Below are positions 1-9,720 of a stretch of DNA of 64,000 nucleotides, in pieces (position 1 is the first letter of the stretch; each line of letters begins with the position of its first letter). The stretch lies in assembly GCA_043803745.1 (NCBI GenBank), contig JAZDJS010000015.1, forward strand, positions 17,573 through 81,572. Direction: 5' to 3'. The stretch comes from an archaeon (GTDB lineage: Archaea > SpSt-1190 > DYHY01). The notes below the pieces were generated by a model, which saw only the letters and a list, made by a program, of their open reading frames with translations, had not been told where the DNA came from and did not search any database. The translations under genes and the position numbers were made by a program.

Positions 1-134
1 GAACGCTCATAGGGGATGGCGCCAAAATCAAGGACCGGGTTCGTATTGGCTCCAGCAGCAAAATATGGCCGAACACGCGCGTGAACAAAGACGTCCCGGA
101 GAAGGAATGGTTCGGCTTCCTTAGGGAGGATTGA
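1..134 (+). CDS. 3' end of a hexapeptide-repeat (left-handed beta-helix) protein, probably an NDP-sugar pyrophosphorylase/GlmU-like C-terminus; partial
   Basis: Frame from position 3 reads TLIGDGAKIKDRVRIGSSSKIWPNTRVNKDVPE...RED*, with IG-xxx-I hexapeptide periodicity; stop TGA at 132-134. Confidence 0.6.
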   Translation, partial: TLIGDGAKIKDRVRIGSSSKIWPNTRVNKDVPEKEWFGFLRED

Positions 135-200
135 TTTTGTTCGGCATATCCGGTTTCGTCTTGGACGGATCTGTTCTCCTCCGTCGGTTTTTTGCTTACT

Positions 201-473
201 GTGAAGCTTCTCCGCCCTAAAGGGTGGAGTCAACCGAAACGTTGGTCCGGCTACGCTGTGACTTCGCCCAAATTCGCATACATTTTTCGGGCTTCTTTGC
301 TCCGCAGAGTTGTCCTCAGACAATCCAGCTAAGGGCAGGACCTCCGGCGTATCCAGGACATCCGTGCCCTGCTGAGCGACCGAAGGAAAGCGAAGTAAAG
401 AGCTCAGCTTGGAAGGGCGACGGCTTTTCCGTGCTGAAGCGCCGATCCATTCGAGGCTGGACGCCCGAATGGT
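201..473. mobile_element. Structured intergenic element with an IS200/IS605-like terminal hairpin (non-autonomous remnant or omegaRNA-like)
   Basis: Hairpin CTCCGCCCTAAAGGGTGGAG (210-229) is followed on the minus strand by AAGCTTCAC. Further stems AGGGCA..TGCCCT, GCTGAGC..GCTCAGC, CCATTCG..CGAATGG, plus motif TCCGTGCTGAAGCGCCGA at 428-445. Confidence 0.5.
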
Positions 474-1897
474 TAGGGTGAAAAAAGTTTTTTCGGTTGT
501 TCCCGATCGAGTTGCTTCGATATTTCCCCGTCGAACTTCTTCGCGAATTCTTCCAATTTGCTCTTGGGGATTGTAGCGCCGGCGGCAATGTTGTGCCCTC
601 CCCCTAGCCCTCCGACTTCTTTTGCCGCTGTCCGGATTGCCTCGGAAAGGTTCGCGCCCCTTCTTACCAGCTGGGCTGTGGTTCTCGCGGAAACTTTGAT
701 GTTTCCTGGATCCTGGGCTGCCGTACCGATGAAAACGCGCGAAGGATCGACGAGGCGCCCTCCGAGAGCTATCCCAATGACGATCCCTATTATTGTTGGC
801 TTGACTTTTTCGGATTGGAATATTTGAATGTTTTTCCCGAATAGACGAACTGGTTTTGCCTCAAGCTCCTGGAGCCCGTTCTTGATGTTTTCTCGGTGTT
901 CCGCCAATAGTTCCTTCGCTTTCAAGTACGCGTCTCCCCGGTCGCCCAAGCAGATTTTGATTCCGACATTTGCCCATTCATTCCGTCCGCATGAATTCAA
1001 AAGAGTTGAAAATTCCGTTGCATCCCTCGGTTCGGTGAGTTCCATCTCCTTAGGGAAGGTATATGTTTCCGTGACAAGGTTGCTTATTTGCCAGGGCTCA
1101 AGACCGACCGCTATTGCCCGCTCGTGAATGCCGGTGACCAGCCGGGCAAGTTCTTCGGAAGGCAGGCGGTTGTATGTTCCGAGTGGGTTTATTCCCAGTT
1201 TGCGAAGAAATTCGGAACAGCCGGCAATGCTTCCTGAAAGCCCAGGAAGAAAAGGATCGGTCGCATAGCTCAGAAAAACCGCTAGCTCCCTCGTTTCCCT
1301 TCCAAAAAACGGTAGCCCTTTTGTTGCAACTACCTCTTTTGCCGCAATTCCCTTTTTGAGGATTTCCCGATTTAGCCCGGTTAATCCCCTTTTCGCCTGG
1401 ATGTCCCCAACTGCGCCGGTTATTGCAAGAGGAATTAGTGAGGTCTCGCCAATGAGTCTTTCGGAGACGAGGTAGGCAAGTCCTGAAGCGGAAATTTCCG
1501 CTGAGCCGGAAAATCCTTGTTCGGCCGCATTGAGGTGGCTTATTTTCCCGGATAGCCCCCCTTCAATCGGCTCGTGGTGGTCTATTATCACGCCGGGGCC
1601 TTTGGGGTCCGATAGTAGATTTTTCTGGCCGCTTCCAAAATCAACTAAAACGAACGCCTCCTCTTTCGGAACAAGTAAAATTGTTTCCGCGTCAAGTTGA
1701 CGTATTGGAAAAATTTGAGGAGTTTTACCCATCTTTTCAATTGTGTAGAAAATTATTGAGCCGCTCGTGAGGCCATCTGCGTCAATATGGCAGAATATTT
1801 TCGGGTTTTCGAGCGAGCTGAGCTTCTCGGCAGTTTCAGCAAGCTTTTCTTGGAACCCGCCAGGTTCCCAGCTGGGGAGTTTGTCACCGAACTTCAT
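473..1897 (-). CDS. recJ: RecJ-like DHH/DHHA1 phosphoesterase (archaeal RecJ/GAN/HAN family)
   Basis: Motifs HIDADG, LVDFG, IIDHH, GAVGD, GGGHNIAAG. Confidence 0.9.
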   Translation of the reverse strand: MKFGDKLPSWEPGGFQEKLAETAEKLSSLENPKIFCHIDADGLTSGSIIFYTIEKMGKTPQIFPIRQLDAETILLVPKEEAFVLVDFGSGQKNLLSDPKGPGVIIDHHEPIEGGLSGKISHLNAAEQGFSGSAEISASGLAYLVSERLIGETSLIPLAITGAVGDIQAKRGLTGLNREILKKGIAAKEVVATKGLPFFGRETRELAVFLSYATDPFLPGLSGSIAGCSEFLRKLGINPLGTYNRLPSEELARLVTGIHERAIAVGLEPWQISNLVTETYTFPKEMELTEPRDATEFSTLLNSCGRNEWANVGIKICLGDRGDAYLKAKELLAEHRENIKNGLQELEAKPVRLFGKNIQIFQSEKVKPTIIGIVIGIALGGRLVDPSRVFIGTAAQDPGNIKVSARTTAQLVRRGANLSEAIRTAAKEVGGLGGGHNIAAGATIPKSKLEEFAKKFDGEISKQLDREQPKKLFSP

Positions 1898-1946
1898 TGG
1901 AGGGGGTGCTCAAATCAGAATATTTAACTTCTTTGCACTAGCGGAG

Positions 1947-2672
1947 CTATTTGACCAGCTCATAATAAATCCGCTCAGATAGCCCTCCCCAGGAGAACCC
2001 TCCGGAAGATTTTCTTTTCTCCGTTATCTTGAAAATTCCCTCTGAGACCCCTTTAGAAAGATGATAATATGTCAGCCTTAGAGACAGCCTACCGTAGCGA
2101 GTAACATATTTTTTGTTTATTTGATATCCATACAAGGGGGTTGTTTCCCCGATGAAAATCTCGACAATATTGTCCCTTATTTTACTCCGGGTCTTGATTC
2201 GTTTGTTTTCGGCAACCGGCTTTCCTTCGGGATCAATTGCGCCGCTTTGAATCCTTTCGGATGAGATAACAAGTCCGTCTTTTGCAAGGGTAAGGGGGAT
2301 TTCAATCACAATCAATGGCGGTTTGCCTTTTGAAACGATAAACGCGTTCAGGGAAGCGGCAGCTTCCTTGCCCCCGCTGGTAGTTGCTAAAAATCGTAAT
2401 CCGGGTGTTAATGAAAGATTCTCAAGATTGCCCTCCGATGCAACTATTTGGAACGGTATCTTCCGTGACAATAGAAAACGTTCGATCTTTTCCTTGCGGA
2501 ATTCAAACGAGGTTTTTCCGGCGTTTTTCACAATTCCGACAAGCAACTTTTTTCCTATTGAACTGCAGGAAATCAAAAAATTTCGATGTCCTTTGTGAAA
2601 AACCTCGAAGGTTCCGAAACAGAGCAAATCAGGTTCTTCGTCACCCGTTTGTTGCTTTTCGATCCTGACCAT
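1947..2672 (-). CDS. Phosphopantetheine adenylyltransferase-like nucleotidyltransferase fused to a C-terminal winged-helix domain
   Basis: N-terminal FGTFEVFHKGH (HIGH motif) and ISSERI..GAIDPEG; C-terminal ~80 aa IRDNIVEI..YGYQI..SLRLTYYHLSKG..FSWG..ERIYYEL has a wHTH pattern. Confidence 0.7.
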   Translation of the reverse strand: MVRIEKQQTGDEEPDLLCFGTFEVFHKGHRNFLISCSSIGKKLLVGIVKNAGKTSFEFRKEKIERFLLSRKIPFQIVASEGNLENLSLTPGLRFLATTSGGKEAAASLNAFIVSKGKPPLIVIEIPLTLAKDGLVISSERIQSGAIDPEGKPVAENKRIKTRSKIRDNIVEIFIGETTPLYGYQINKKYVTRYGRLSLRLTYYHLSKGVSEGIFKITEKRKSSGGFSWGGLSERIYYELVK

Positions 2673-2680
2673 TCAAGTCA

Positions 2681-2910
2681 CCCTTTCGTTTCCTCTGAAG
2701 TTTGGGTTGTTGGTTGGTTGTATTGTTATTTATATTGTTTTCTATATAGAAATATTGAATTTAAACCACTTTCTAGCAAACCTCCACTCGAAACAACGGA
2801 GACAGAGTACAAAGGTTTCCACTGGAAACGAAGGTCAATCCGAACAAGTCCATCGGAAGTGGAGGTTGAGTCACAATAAAAGTTAAAAACCCCTTTTTCC
2901 ACTGGAACCT
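2681..2910. other. Replication origin (oriC): ORB elements flanking an AT/GT-rich DUE
   Basis: Minus-strand ORB CTTCAGAGGAAACGAAAGGG (2681-2700); DUE ~2701-2765; plus-strand ORBs CTCCACTCGAAACAACGG (2782-), TTCCACTGGAAACGAAGG (2817-2834), TCCATCGGAAGTGGAGG (2849-), TTCCACTGGAAC (2897-); directly upstream of cdc6. Confidence 0.9.
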
Positions 2911-2939
2911 GCGTTCTCTGAAGGTGAAGACAGTCTAAA

Positions 2940-4142
2940 ATGCAATCCTCTCTGAAAGAAATGTTTCAAACATATCTCAACAGGCAGTCAATATTCGTCA
3001 ACAAGTCTGCACTGGACGACGAGTTCCTTCCGGTAAACCTTCTTCATCGGGACCGAGAGCAGAAGCAGATTGCGAGTATCCTTCTTCCAGCCCTCCGGGG
3101 GGAAAAACCCTCGAATCTGTTCATATACGGGAAAACCGGGACGGGCAAGACAATTGGCGCGAAATCAGTTTGCAGGGAACTGGAAGGGTTCGCCCGGGAG
3201 AACAATCGGCCAGTGAAAATCGTGTATGTCAATGCGCAAATGAAGAAAGTCGCGGATACGGAATACCGGCTGATATCTTCAATTGCCCAGCAGTATGGCG
3301 TTAATCTGCCTTCGACAGGGCTCCCAACTGAAAAAATATACAAAGCGTTCATATCCGCGGTTGAGAACACAAAAGCGCTCTCAATAATAATAATTGACGA
3401 AATAGACAACGTAGTACGGAAATGTGGAAACGATCTTCTTTACAATCTTATGCGGCTGAACAGCGAACTTTCAGAATCCAGGGTAAGCGTCATCGGAATT
3501 ACCAACGACCTCAACCTGTTGAAATTCATCGATTCGCGGGTGAAAAGCAGCCTTTCGGAAGAGGAACTCGTTTTTCCGCCGTATGATGCAAACCAGCTAA
3601 GCGACATATTGAGTTCACGCGCGGAAATTGCGTTCCTTCCAAACGCGTTGGACCAGGCAGTAGTTCCCAAATGTGCTGCATATGCTGCAAAGGAACACGG
3701 GGATGCGCGGCGGGCTCTCAATATCTTGAGATTGGCTGGGGAGCTTGCCGAGCGTTCTGGAGCGTCAAAAATCGAAGCGGAACACGTTGATGCAGCTCTT
3801 GACAAGCTCGACACCGAAACCGTAGTGGAATTTGTGAAAAGTCAGCCTCTGCAATCGAAAGCGGTTTTGTACAGCATTCTTTTCCTGCGGAATTCGACGC
3901 CTGATTTCACAACGGGCGACATTTATGACAAATACAGGCAAACCTGCACCCTTTTCAGGCAGAAATGCCTTACGCAACGGAGAGTGTCTGATTTGGTCAC
4001 TGAACTCGCAGGGGTCGGAATAATCTCGACGAACCTGATTTCCAAGGGCAGGTATGGCAGAAGCAAGACGGTTGACATCTTGATGAACGGACCGACCCTT
4101 GACAAGGTAGTCAATGTCCTCAAAGGGGACTTTTCTTACTAG
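2940..4142 (+). CDS. cdc6: Orc1/Cdc6 replication initiator
   Basis: Walker A GKTGTGKT, Walker B IIDEID, DSRVKSSL, HGDARRAL, C-terminal wHTH with GRYGRS. Confidence 0.97.
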   Translation: MQSSLKEMFQTYLNRQSIFVNKSALDDEFLPVNLLHRDREQKQIASILLPALRGEKPSNLFIYGKTGTGKTIGAKSVCRELEGFARENNRPVKIVYVNAQMKKVADTEYRLISSIAQQYGVNLPSTGLPTEKIYKAFISAVENTKALSIIIIDEIDNVVRKCGNDLLYNLMRLNSELSESRVSVIGITNDLNLLKFIDSRVKSSLSEEELVFPPYDANQLSDILSSRAEIAFLPNALDQAVVPKCAAYAAKEHGDARRALNILRLAGELAERSGASKIEAEHVDAALDKLDTETVVEFVKSQPLQSKAVLYSILFLRNSTPDFTTGDIYDKYRQTCTLFRQKCLTQRRVSDLVTELAGVGIISTNLISKGRYGRSKTVDILMNGPTLDKVVNVLKGDFSY

Positions 4143-4334
4143 GGACAGAAAAAGTTCGGAGCCCTTGGTCCGTTTTTTGCCCTTCCCGGCAGTCTCCCGT
4201 AACTTTCAATAACCCATGTCCAGTCCGGCCCAGACCAGTCCAGCAACCACCTTGAAAAAGCCGTCTGAATTCCCTGTAAATTATCGGAAACAGGGCAACA
4301 ACAGATAAAAACCACCCGCAAAGCCAGTCAGCCA

Positions 4335-5798
4335 ATGGGGCCAGAATATTCCGAGCCTGCCAACACACTCTCAATAGAATCGGTTGTGATGGAACTCCTG
4401 TCCAAGGGGGTCCTCATCCAGCCAGAAGCCCTAGAATACCTAAAAACGCGTCCGCACCTTCTCCAGACGCTTGACATTCCCTCGATAGGCGGCAGCCTCA
4501 CTCTTCAGAAGCTGCAGGAAACCGAGGATGCCGGAGGTTCCCTCCCGGTTTTGAACGACGAAGGCGTCCGCATACTTGAGGAATATGTCGAGAAATTCGA
4601 CATGAAGGGGGAGCTCTCGGATTTCGTCAAGCATTTCTCAGACAGATACGCGACGCTTTCCGGGATGCTGAGAACGCGACCGGAACTCAAAAATCTGTGC
4701 TCAATAGGGCGCCTTTCATCAATCAAGGAGCGGGAAGACGTTTCCGTGATAGGTCTTGTCGGGGCGAAAAGGGAAACGCGCGCGGGGCACTATCTTATCG
4801 AGGTCGAAGATACCACAGGGCAGGCGAAAGTCCTCCTTCCGAAGAACAGCCCGGTTTCGAGAAAAGCCGACGAAATAGTGGATGACGAGGTAATTGCGAT
4901 AAGCGGGACCGCATCCCGCGAGCTTCTTTTTGCCGAAGAAGTGATCTTTCCGGACGTTCCTCAGGCAACGGAATGGCCCGGCAGAAGCAAAAACGTGGCG
5001 GTAATGATTTCCGACGTTCACATAGGCTCCAAGCAGTTCCGAGCCGATCTTTTTGAGAACATGATAACCTGGATTAACAGCAGTGATCCGGTCGCGAGGC
5101 GGGCAAAATATCTGATTGTCGCAGGGGATATTGTTGACGGCGTCGGAGTTTACAAGGGGCAGCAGAAGGACCTGGCAATAGCGAACATAGTCAAGCAATA
5201 TGATTTTTTCTCAAGCTTCATTGACCGCATAAGCAAGCGAATCCAGATATTTGTCGCGCCCGGCAACCACGACGCGTCGAGGGATTCGGATCCCCAACCC
5301 GCGATTCCTCGGGAATTCGCCCAGACAATCTACGACCTGCCCAACGTTAGGATGATTTCCTCCCCCGCGACAATACAAATAGACGGGATAACGTTTCTCA
5401 TCTATCACGGGACCGCCCTTGACAGCATAATTGCCTCAATATCCTCGCTCAGACGGACCGGATATGACAACCCCCACCAGGCAATGATCCAGCAGCTTCG
5501 AAAGAGGCATCTCATACCCATTTACAACGATCTCTCGAGAATGTTCCCGGACAGCAAGGACGAAATGATAATTTCAAAAGTCCCCAACGTCTTCCACTCC
5601 GGGCACGTCCACAAGCTGAGCTTCTCGACTTATCGGGGAATCCGCGTCGTGAACTCGGGAACGTTCCAGGATCGCACGGCGTTCCAGGTGAAAATAGGAC
5701 ATCATCCTCAACCGGGGAAAATTCCATACATCGAACTCGGCACCGGGGCAATCAATCTTCTCGATTTGGAGCCGCAGCATGGCACGGAGGGATCCTGA
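4335..5798 (+). CDS. polB: DNA polymerase D small subunit DP1 (proofreading exonuclease)
   Basis: OB fold (EVEDTTG) plus calcineurin-like motifs SDVHIGS, GDIVDG, PGNHD, YHG, GHVH; abuts DP2. Confidence 0.95.
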   Translation: MGPEYSEPANTLSIESVVMELLSKGVLIQPEALEYLKTRPHLLQTLDIPSIGGSLTLQKLQETEDAGGSLPVLNDEGVRILEEYVEKFDMKGELSDFVKHFSDRYATLSGMLRTRPELKNLCSIGRLSSIKEREDVSVIGLVGAKRETRAGHYLIEVEDTTGQAKVLLPKNSPVSRKADEIVDDEVIAISGTASRELLFAEEVIFPDVPQATEWPGRSKNVAVMISDVHIGSKQFRADLFENMITWINSSDPVARRAKYLIVAGDIVDGVGVYKGQQKDLAIANIVKQYDFFSSFIDRISKRIQIFVAPGNHDASRDSDPQPAIPREFAQTIYDLPNVRMISSPATIQIDGITFLIYHGTALDSIIASISSLRRTGYDNPHQAMIQQLRKRHLIPIYNDLSRMFPDSKDEMIISKVPNVFHSGHVHKLSFSTYRGIRVVNSGTFQDRTAFQVKIGHHPQPGKIPYIELGTGAINLLDLEPQHGTEGS

Positions 5799-8700
5799 TG
5801 TCCGAAGGATTCCCAGCGGCATCGGAGAAGATAACCGCGTATTTCTCAAAAATACAGAGGACCGTCGAAGCGGAATACGGAATCGCGAAACAAGCAAGGC
5901 AGAAGCGCCTTGATCCGACCGAGCGGGTTGAAATAGCGCTTGCATCCGATGCAGCGGCAAGGGTCGAGGGGTTGCTTGCCACAATATATCCCCCGCTAGA
6001 GGGTTCCGGCCTTGCCGGGAGGATACGCGAGCTTGAAAAGAGATTCGGCAAGGGCTCGGAGAGGATTTCCCTTCAAATTGCGCGCGACGTTTTCGAGGAA
6101 AAGTTCATAAAATTCAAGACGGTCGAGGAGCGGCTTGAAGCTGGCGTCCGCGTCGGGACCGGGCATCTCACTCTCGGAATAGTCACAGCCCCCCTCGAGG
6201 GGATAACGAAAATAGTGAGCAAGCCGACAAGGGGCGGAGGCAAATACATTTCAATATACTTTTCCGGACCCATACGAAGTGCGGGGGGGACTGCCGCGGC
6301 ATTTGCGGTGCTCATAGCGGACTTTCTTCGGCGCCTTGCCGGATTTGACCCCTACGACCCAGACGAGTCGGAACTCGAACGGTATGCCGCGGAGATAGAT
6401 GACTATGACACGCGGGTTGTCAACCTGCAATACCGTATCAAGTCCGACGAAGTCAGGTTCCTCGTGAAAAATATCCCGGTGGAGATATCCGGAGATCCGA
6501 CGGAGGAAGACGAGGTGATTGCGTTCAAGGACCTTCCGAGGATTGAGACGAACAGAATCCGCGGCGGAATGTGCCTCGTCGTTTCATCAATAGGGCAAAA
6601 GTCCGCCAAGTTGATAAAGCGGCTGAAGAAATATGGAAGCGAGTTCCAGCTCCTCGATTGGCTGTTCCTTGAGGAATATGAACTCCTCAAGAAGCAGATA
6701 CACTCAACCGACGCCGAGAAGGCAACCTCCCCGGAGCAAACGGGTATTGAAACGGCGCCCGCGAAACTCCCTCCGAATTTCGCATATATGGAAGACGTTC
6801 CGGGAGGCAGGCCGATTTTTTCATTTCCTTCGACGCCCGGAGGCTTCCGCCTCAGATACGGGCGTGCCCGAAACACGGGATTTTCAACGGTCGGATTCCA
6901 CCCGGCCTCGATGGCGGTATTGTCAGATTTCATTGCAATCGGGACCCAGCTGAAGATAGAGCGTCCCGGAAAAGGCGCGACGGCGGCAGTGGTTGATTCG
7001 ATAGAGCCCCCCACAGTCCTCCTTTCGACTGGCGAAGTCCGGAGGATAGAGAAGGCGGAAGAAGCGCGCCTTCTGCTGAAGCAGAAGAAGATTTCGGAAA
7101 TACTGTTCGTCGGAGACATCCTCATTTCCTACGGAGACTTTGTTTCAAACGGGCACAAACTCGTTCCGGCTGGATATGTTGAGGAAGTTTGGCTGTTGGA
7201 GTTGAGAAAGGCGATGGGGCTCGCGGGAATGGTTCCGGAGACTGCGGCGGAATTTGTCAACATACCGACGTTGCGCTTCCTCGAGCTCCTCGAAACGCCC
7301 AGGGAAGTTTCCTTTCCGGAAGCGCTGTCAATCGGAACCAAGATGAAAATACCCCTTCACCCGAAATTCACATACTTTTATCATCGCGTCTCGACCGCGA
7401 ATCTGAAGGAGCTTTGCGCGGCATTGCAGGGAACAAGAACAGCAGCGCTGGACCTCGTCCAGACACCCTCCCTGAAAAGAACGCTCGAGCTGATGTGCTT
7501 TCCGCATGCAGTTGATCCCAATGGTCGGATTGTTGCCGAAGCGGACCCCGCAGCAGCACTTCGGATTTCGTTCGCAATAGACTCAGATCCCGGCGCGTTC
7601 GAGAGCATTCCCGCCGCGAACAACCCCCTTGAGTTCGTCAACAAGCTTTCAAAGATTGAAATAAGGGATCTCGGAGGGACTTACATAGGGGCGAGAATGG
7701 GGCGACCCGAGAAAGCCGAACGGCGCCTTCTCGACGGAAGGCCCCAAATTCTTTTTCCAGTCGGCCAGGCAGGGGGGCGCCTTAGGTCGGTTAACGAGGC
7801 GGCCAAGACAATCTACAACGCGCCGTTGGCATACCGCATTTGCCAGACTTGCGGCAAAAGAAACATTTTCCTCACCTGCTCTTGTGGCGGGGAAACGGTC
7901 CAGAAGCAAGTTTGCGTGATCTGCCAGAAAATCACAGAGGAGCCCGTCCACTGCAACATCCCCACCGGATTCGCAGCCTCTGCAGATGTCAATCTTGACC
8001 GGCATTTGAAAGCGGCTGAGAAATCCCTGAACGAGAAGATACCTCCGCTGATAAAGGGGGTTAGGGGACTTTCAAGCAGACTGAAAATACCGGAAAAGAT
8101 TGAGAAAGGCGTTCTGCGTGCGAAGAACAACCTATTCGTCAACAAGGACGGGACAATCCGGTTTGACGCAACCAATCTTCCCCTCACGCATTTCAAGCCC
8201 AAGGAAATCGGCGTGTCAATGGAAAAGCTCCTCCACCTCGGATATGACACCGACATTCACGGGCTGCCCCTCTCGAACAGCGGCCAAATACTGGAGCTCA
8301 AGCCCCAGGACATTATTCTGTCCGATTTCGAGGATTCCAAAAGGGGGATAATGAGCGGTGCGGAATATTTCGTGAGGATTGCCAACTATGTTGACAACCT
8401 TCTTGTGAAATTCTACGGGCTTCCGTCATACTACAACATAGTTTCCAGAGAGGACCTGGCAGGGCATCTCGTAATAGGGCTCGCGCCGCACACTTCGGCA
8501 GGGATAGTCGGAAGAATAATAGGATTCAGCAAGGCGCGCGCGGGGTTCGCGCACCCGATGTTTCATGCCGCCAAGCGGCGGGATTGCGACGGCGACGAGG
8601 ATTCCGTGATGCTCCTCATAGAGGCTTTGATTGACTTTTCAAGGGAATTCCTGCCGAACACGCGCGGTTCCTCGACAATGGACGTTCCGCTGGTCCTGAC

Positions 8701-9340
8701 GACAATCCTCGATCCGACCGAAGTCGACGACCAGGTTCACGAATTGGACATTGCGTCGGAATATCCGCTTGAACTTTACGAGAAGGCCCAGGAGTATGTT
8801 TCCCCCGTGCTTCTTGAAAGACCGATTGAACGCTTGAAGAACCGTCTCGGAAAGCCCGCTCAGTACGAAGGGATGTCATTCACGCACGCCACTTCGAACA
8901 TATCGGATGCAGTTTCAATAACCCGATACAGGTTCCTTGGCGCAATGGTGGAGAAGGTCACGGAGCAGCTCGAGCTTGCCGAGCGGGTCACCGCCGTAAA
9001 CGCCGACGATGTCGCAAACCTCGTTCTTTCGACGCACTTCATACGCGACATCAAGGGCAATATGAGAACCTTCTGTCGCCAGTCTTTCCGTTGCGTCAAA
9101 TGCAACGAGAAATACCGCAGGGTTCCGCTGGTTGGACGGTGCTTGAAATGCAGGGGTAAACTGGTGCTGACAGTCTATCAGGGAACGATAGAAAAATACC
9201 TTGAGGCATCCAAGAGGATATCCGAAAAGTACAATGTTCCCCCCTACCTGAAGCAGGAACTGCTGATTCTGCAGAAGCGGCTTTCGGCGATGTTCGGAAA
9301 GGAAAACCAGAAAAACCTGGATTCGTTCTTTGCAGCCTAG
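5798..9340 (+). CDS. polC: DNA polymerase D large subunit DP2 (no intein)
   Basis: GPIRSAGGT, GGFRLRYGRAR, GARMGRPEKA, catalytic RRDCDGDED, C-terminal Zn fingers. Confidence 0.98.
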   Translation: MSEGFPAASEKITAYFSKIQRTVEAEYGIAKQARQKRLDPTERVEIALASDAAARVEGLLATIYPPLEGSGLAGRIRELEKRFGKGSERISLQIARDVFEEKFIKFKTVEERLEAGVRVGTGHLTLGIVTAPLEGITKIVSKPTRGGGKYISIYFSGPIRSAGGTAAAFAVLIADFLRRLAGFDPYDPDESELERYAAEIDDYDTRVVNLQYRIKSDEVRFLVKNIPVEISGDPTEEDEVIAFKDLPRIETNRIRGGMCLVVSSIGQKSAKLIKRLKKYGSEFQLLDWLFLEEYELLKKQIHSTDAEKATSPEQTGIETAPAKLPPNFAYMEDVPGGRPIFSFPSTPGGFRLRYGRARNTGFSTVGFHPASMAVLSDFIAIGTQLKIERPGKGATAAVVDSIEPPTVLLSTGEVRRIEKAEEARLLLKQKKISEILFVGDILISYGDFVSNGHKLVPAGYVEEVWLLELRKAMGLAGMVPETAAEFVNIPTLRFLELLETPREVSFPEALSIGTKMKIPLHPKFTYFYHRVSTANLKELCAALQGTRTAALDLVQTPSLKRTLELMCFPHAVDPNGRIVAEADPAAALRISFAIDSDPGAFESIPAANNPLEFVNKLSKIEIRDLGGTYIGARMGRPEKAERRLLDGRPQILFPVGQAGGRLRSVNEAAKTIYNAPLAYRICQTCGKRNIFLTCSCGGETVQKQVCVICQKITEEPVHCNIPTGFAASADVNLDRHLKAAEKSLNEKIPPLIKGVRGLSSRLKIPEKIEKGVLRAKNNLFVNKDGTIRFDATNLPLTHFKPKEIGVSMEKLLHLGYDTDIHGLPLSNSGQILELKPQDIILSDFEDSKRGIMSGAEYFVRIANYVDNLLVKFYGLPSYYNIVSREDLAGHLVIGLAPHTSAGIVGRIIGFSKARAGFAHPMFHAAKRRDCDGDEDSVMLLIEALIDFSREFLPNTRGSSTMDVPLVLTTILDPTEVDDQVHELDIASEYPLELYEKAQEYVSPVLLERPIERLKNRLGKPAQYEGMSFTHATSNISDAVSITRYRFLGAMVEKVTEQLELAERVTAVNADDVANLVLSTHFIRDIKGNMRTFCRQSFRCVKCNEKYRRVPLVGRCLKCRGKLVLTVYQGTIEKYLEASKRISEKYNVPPYLKQELLILQKRLSAMFGKENQKNLDSFFAA

Positions 9341-9681
9341 CCTTTGGGAGGCGCAGGATCGGCGCTTTCCGTGGTCAGGGCAGCCTCAGGTTTGTTGGGT
9401 TTTTCCCGCCTAACCGTTCCGCACCTGGGGCAAGCTAGAAGACCGTCAGCACCTAGCCAGCTGAATTTGCATTCCGGATTCTCGCAATATACCACTTCCT
9501 CGCCTTCCCCTTCGGGAAGAGAGCCGCACTGGGAACATTTCAATCCTTCACGGAGCTCCCAGCCCCAGCCGCATTTTTTGTTCGAGCAGTAAACCATCCC
9601 AAATCGCAGTCGCTCCCTTTGCCGCACCCTCCTTGCCTGTGCAATCGCGGCAGAAAGAGGCTTCGTCTTCCGTCTTCCCAT
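9337..9681 (-). CDS. Small protein with two C-x4-C...CxxC zinc ribbons
   Basis: VYCSNKKCGWGW..KCSQCG and VYCENPECKFSW..ACPRCG; start taken at MGRRK (ATG 9681). Confidence 0.65.
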   Translation of the reverse strand: MGRRKTKPLSAAIAQARRVRQRERLRFGMVYCSNKKCGWGWELREGLKCSQCGSLPEGEGEEVVYCENPECKFSWLGADGLLACPRCGTVRREKPNKPEAALTTESADPAPPKG

Positions 9682-9720
9682 TGCCAAAATGAGAAAATTC
9701 CTGTTTTTATTCTTTCCTGC

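Noticed and set aside
134-473. SRP or RNase P RNA; overlapping short ORFs
   Set aside because: Could not find the SRP helix-8 motif or RNase P P4 motifs; the ORFs have no recognisable features
4218-4246. CCAG(T/A)-like pentamer repeats between cdc6 and DP1
   Set aside because: Short and degenerate; no function can be supported
5798-9340. Intein in DP2 (also checked cdc6, radA, lhr)
   Set aside because: Lengths are normal and the motifs are contiguous
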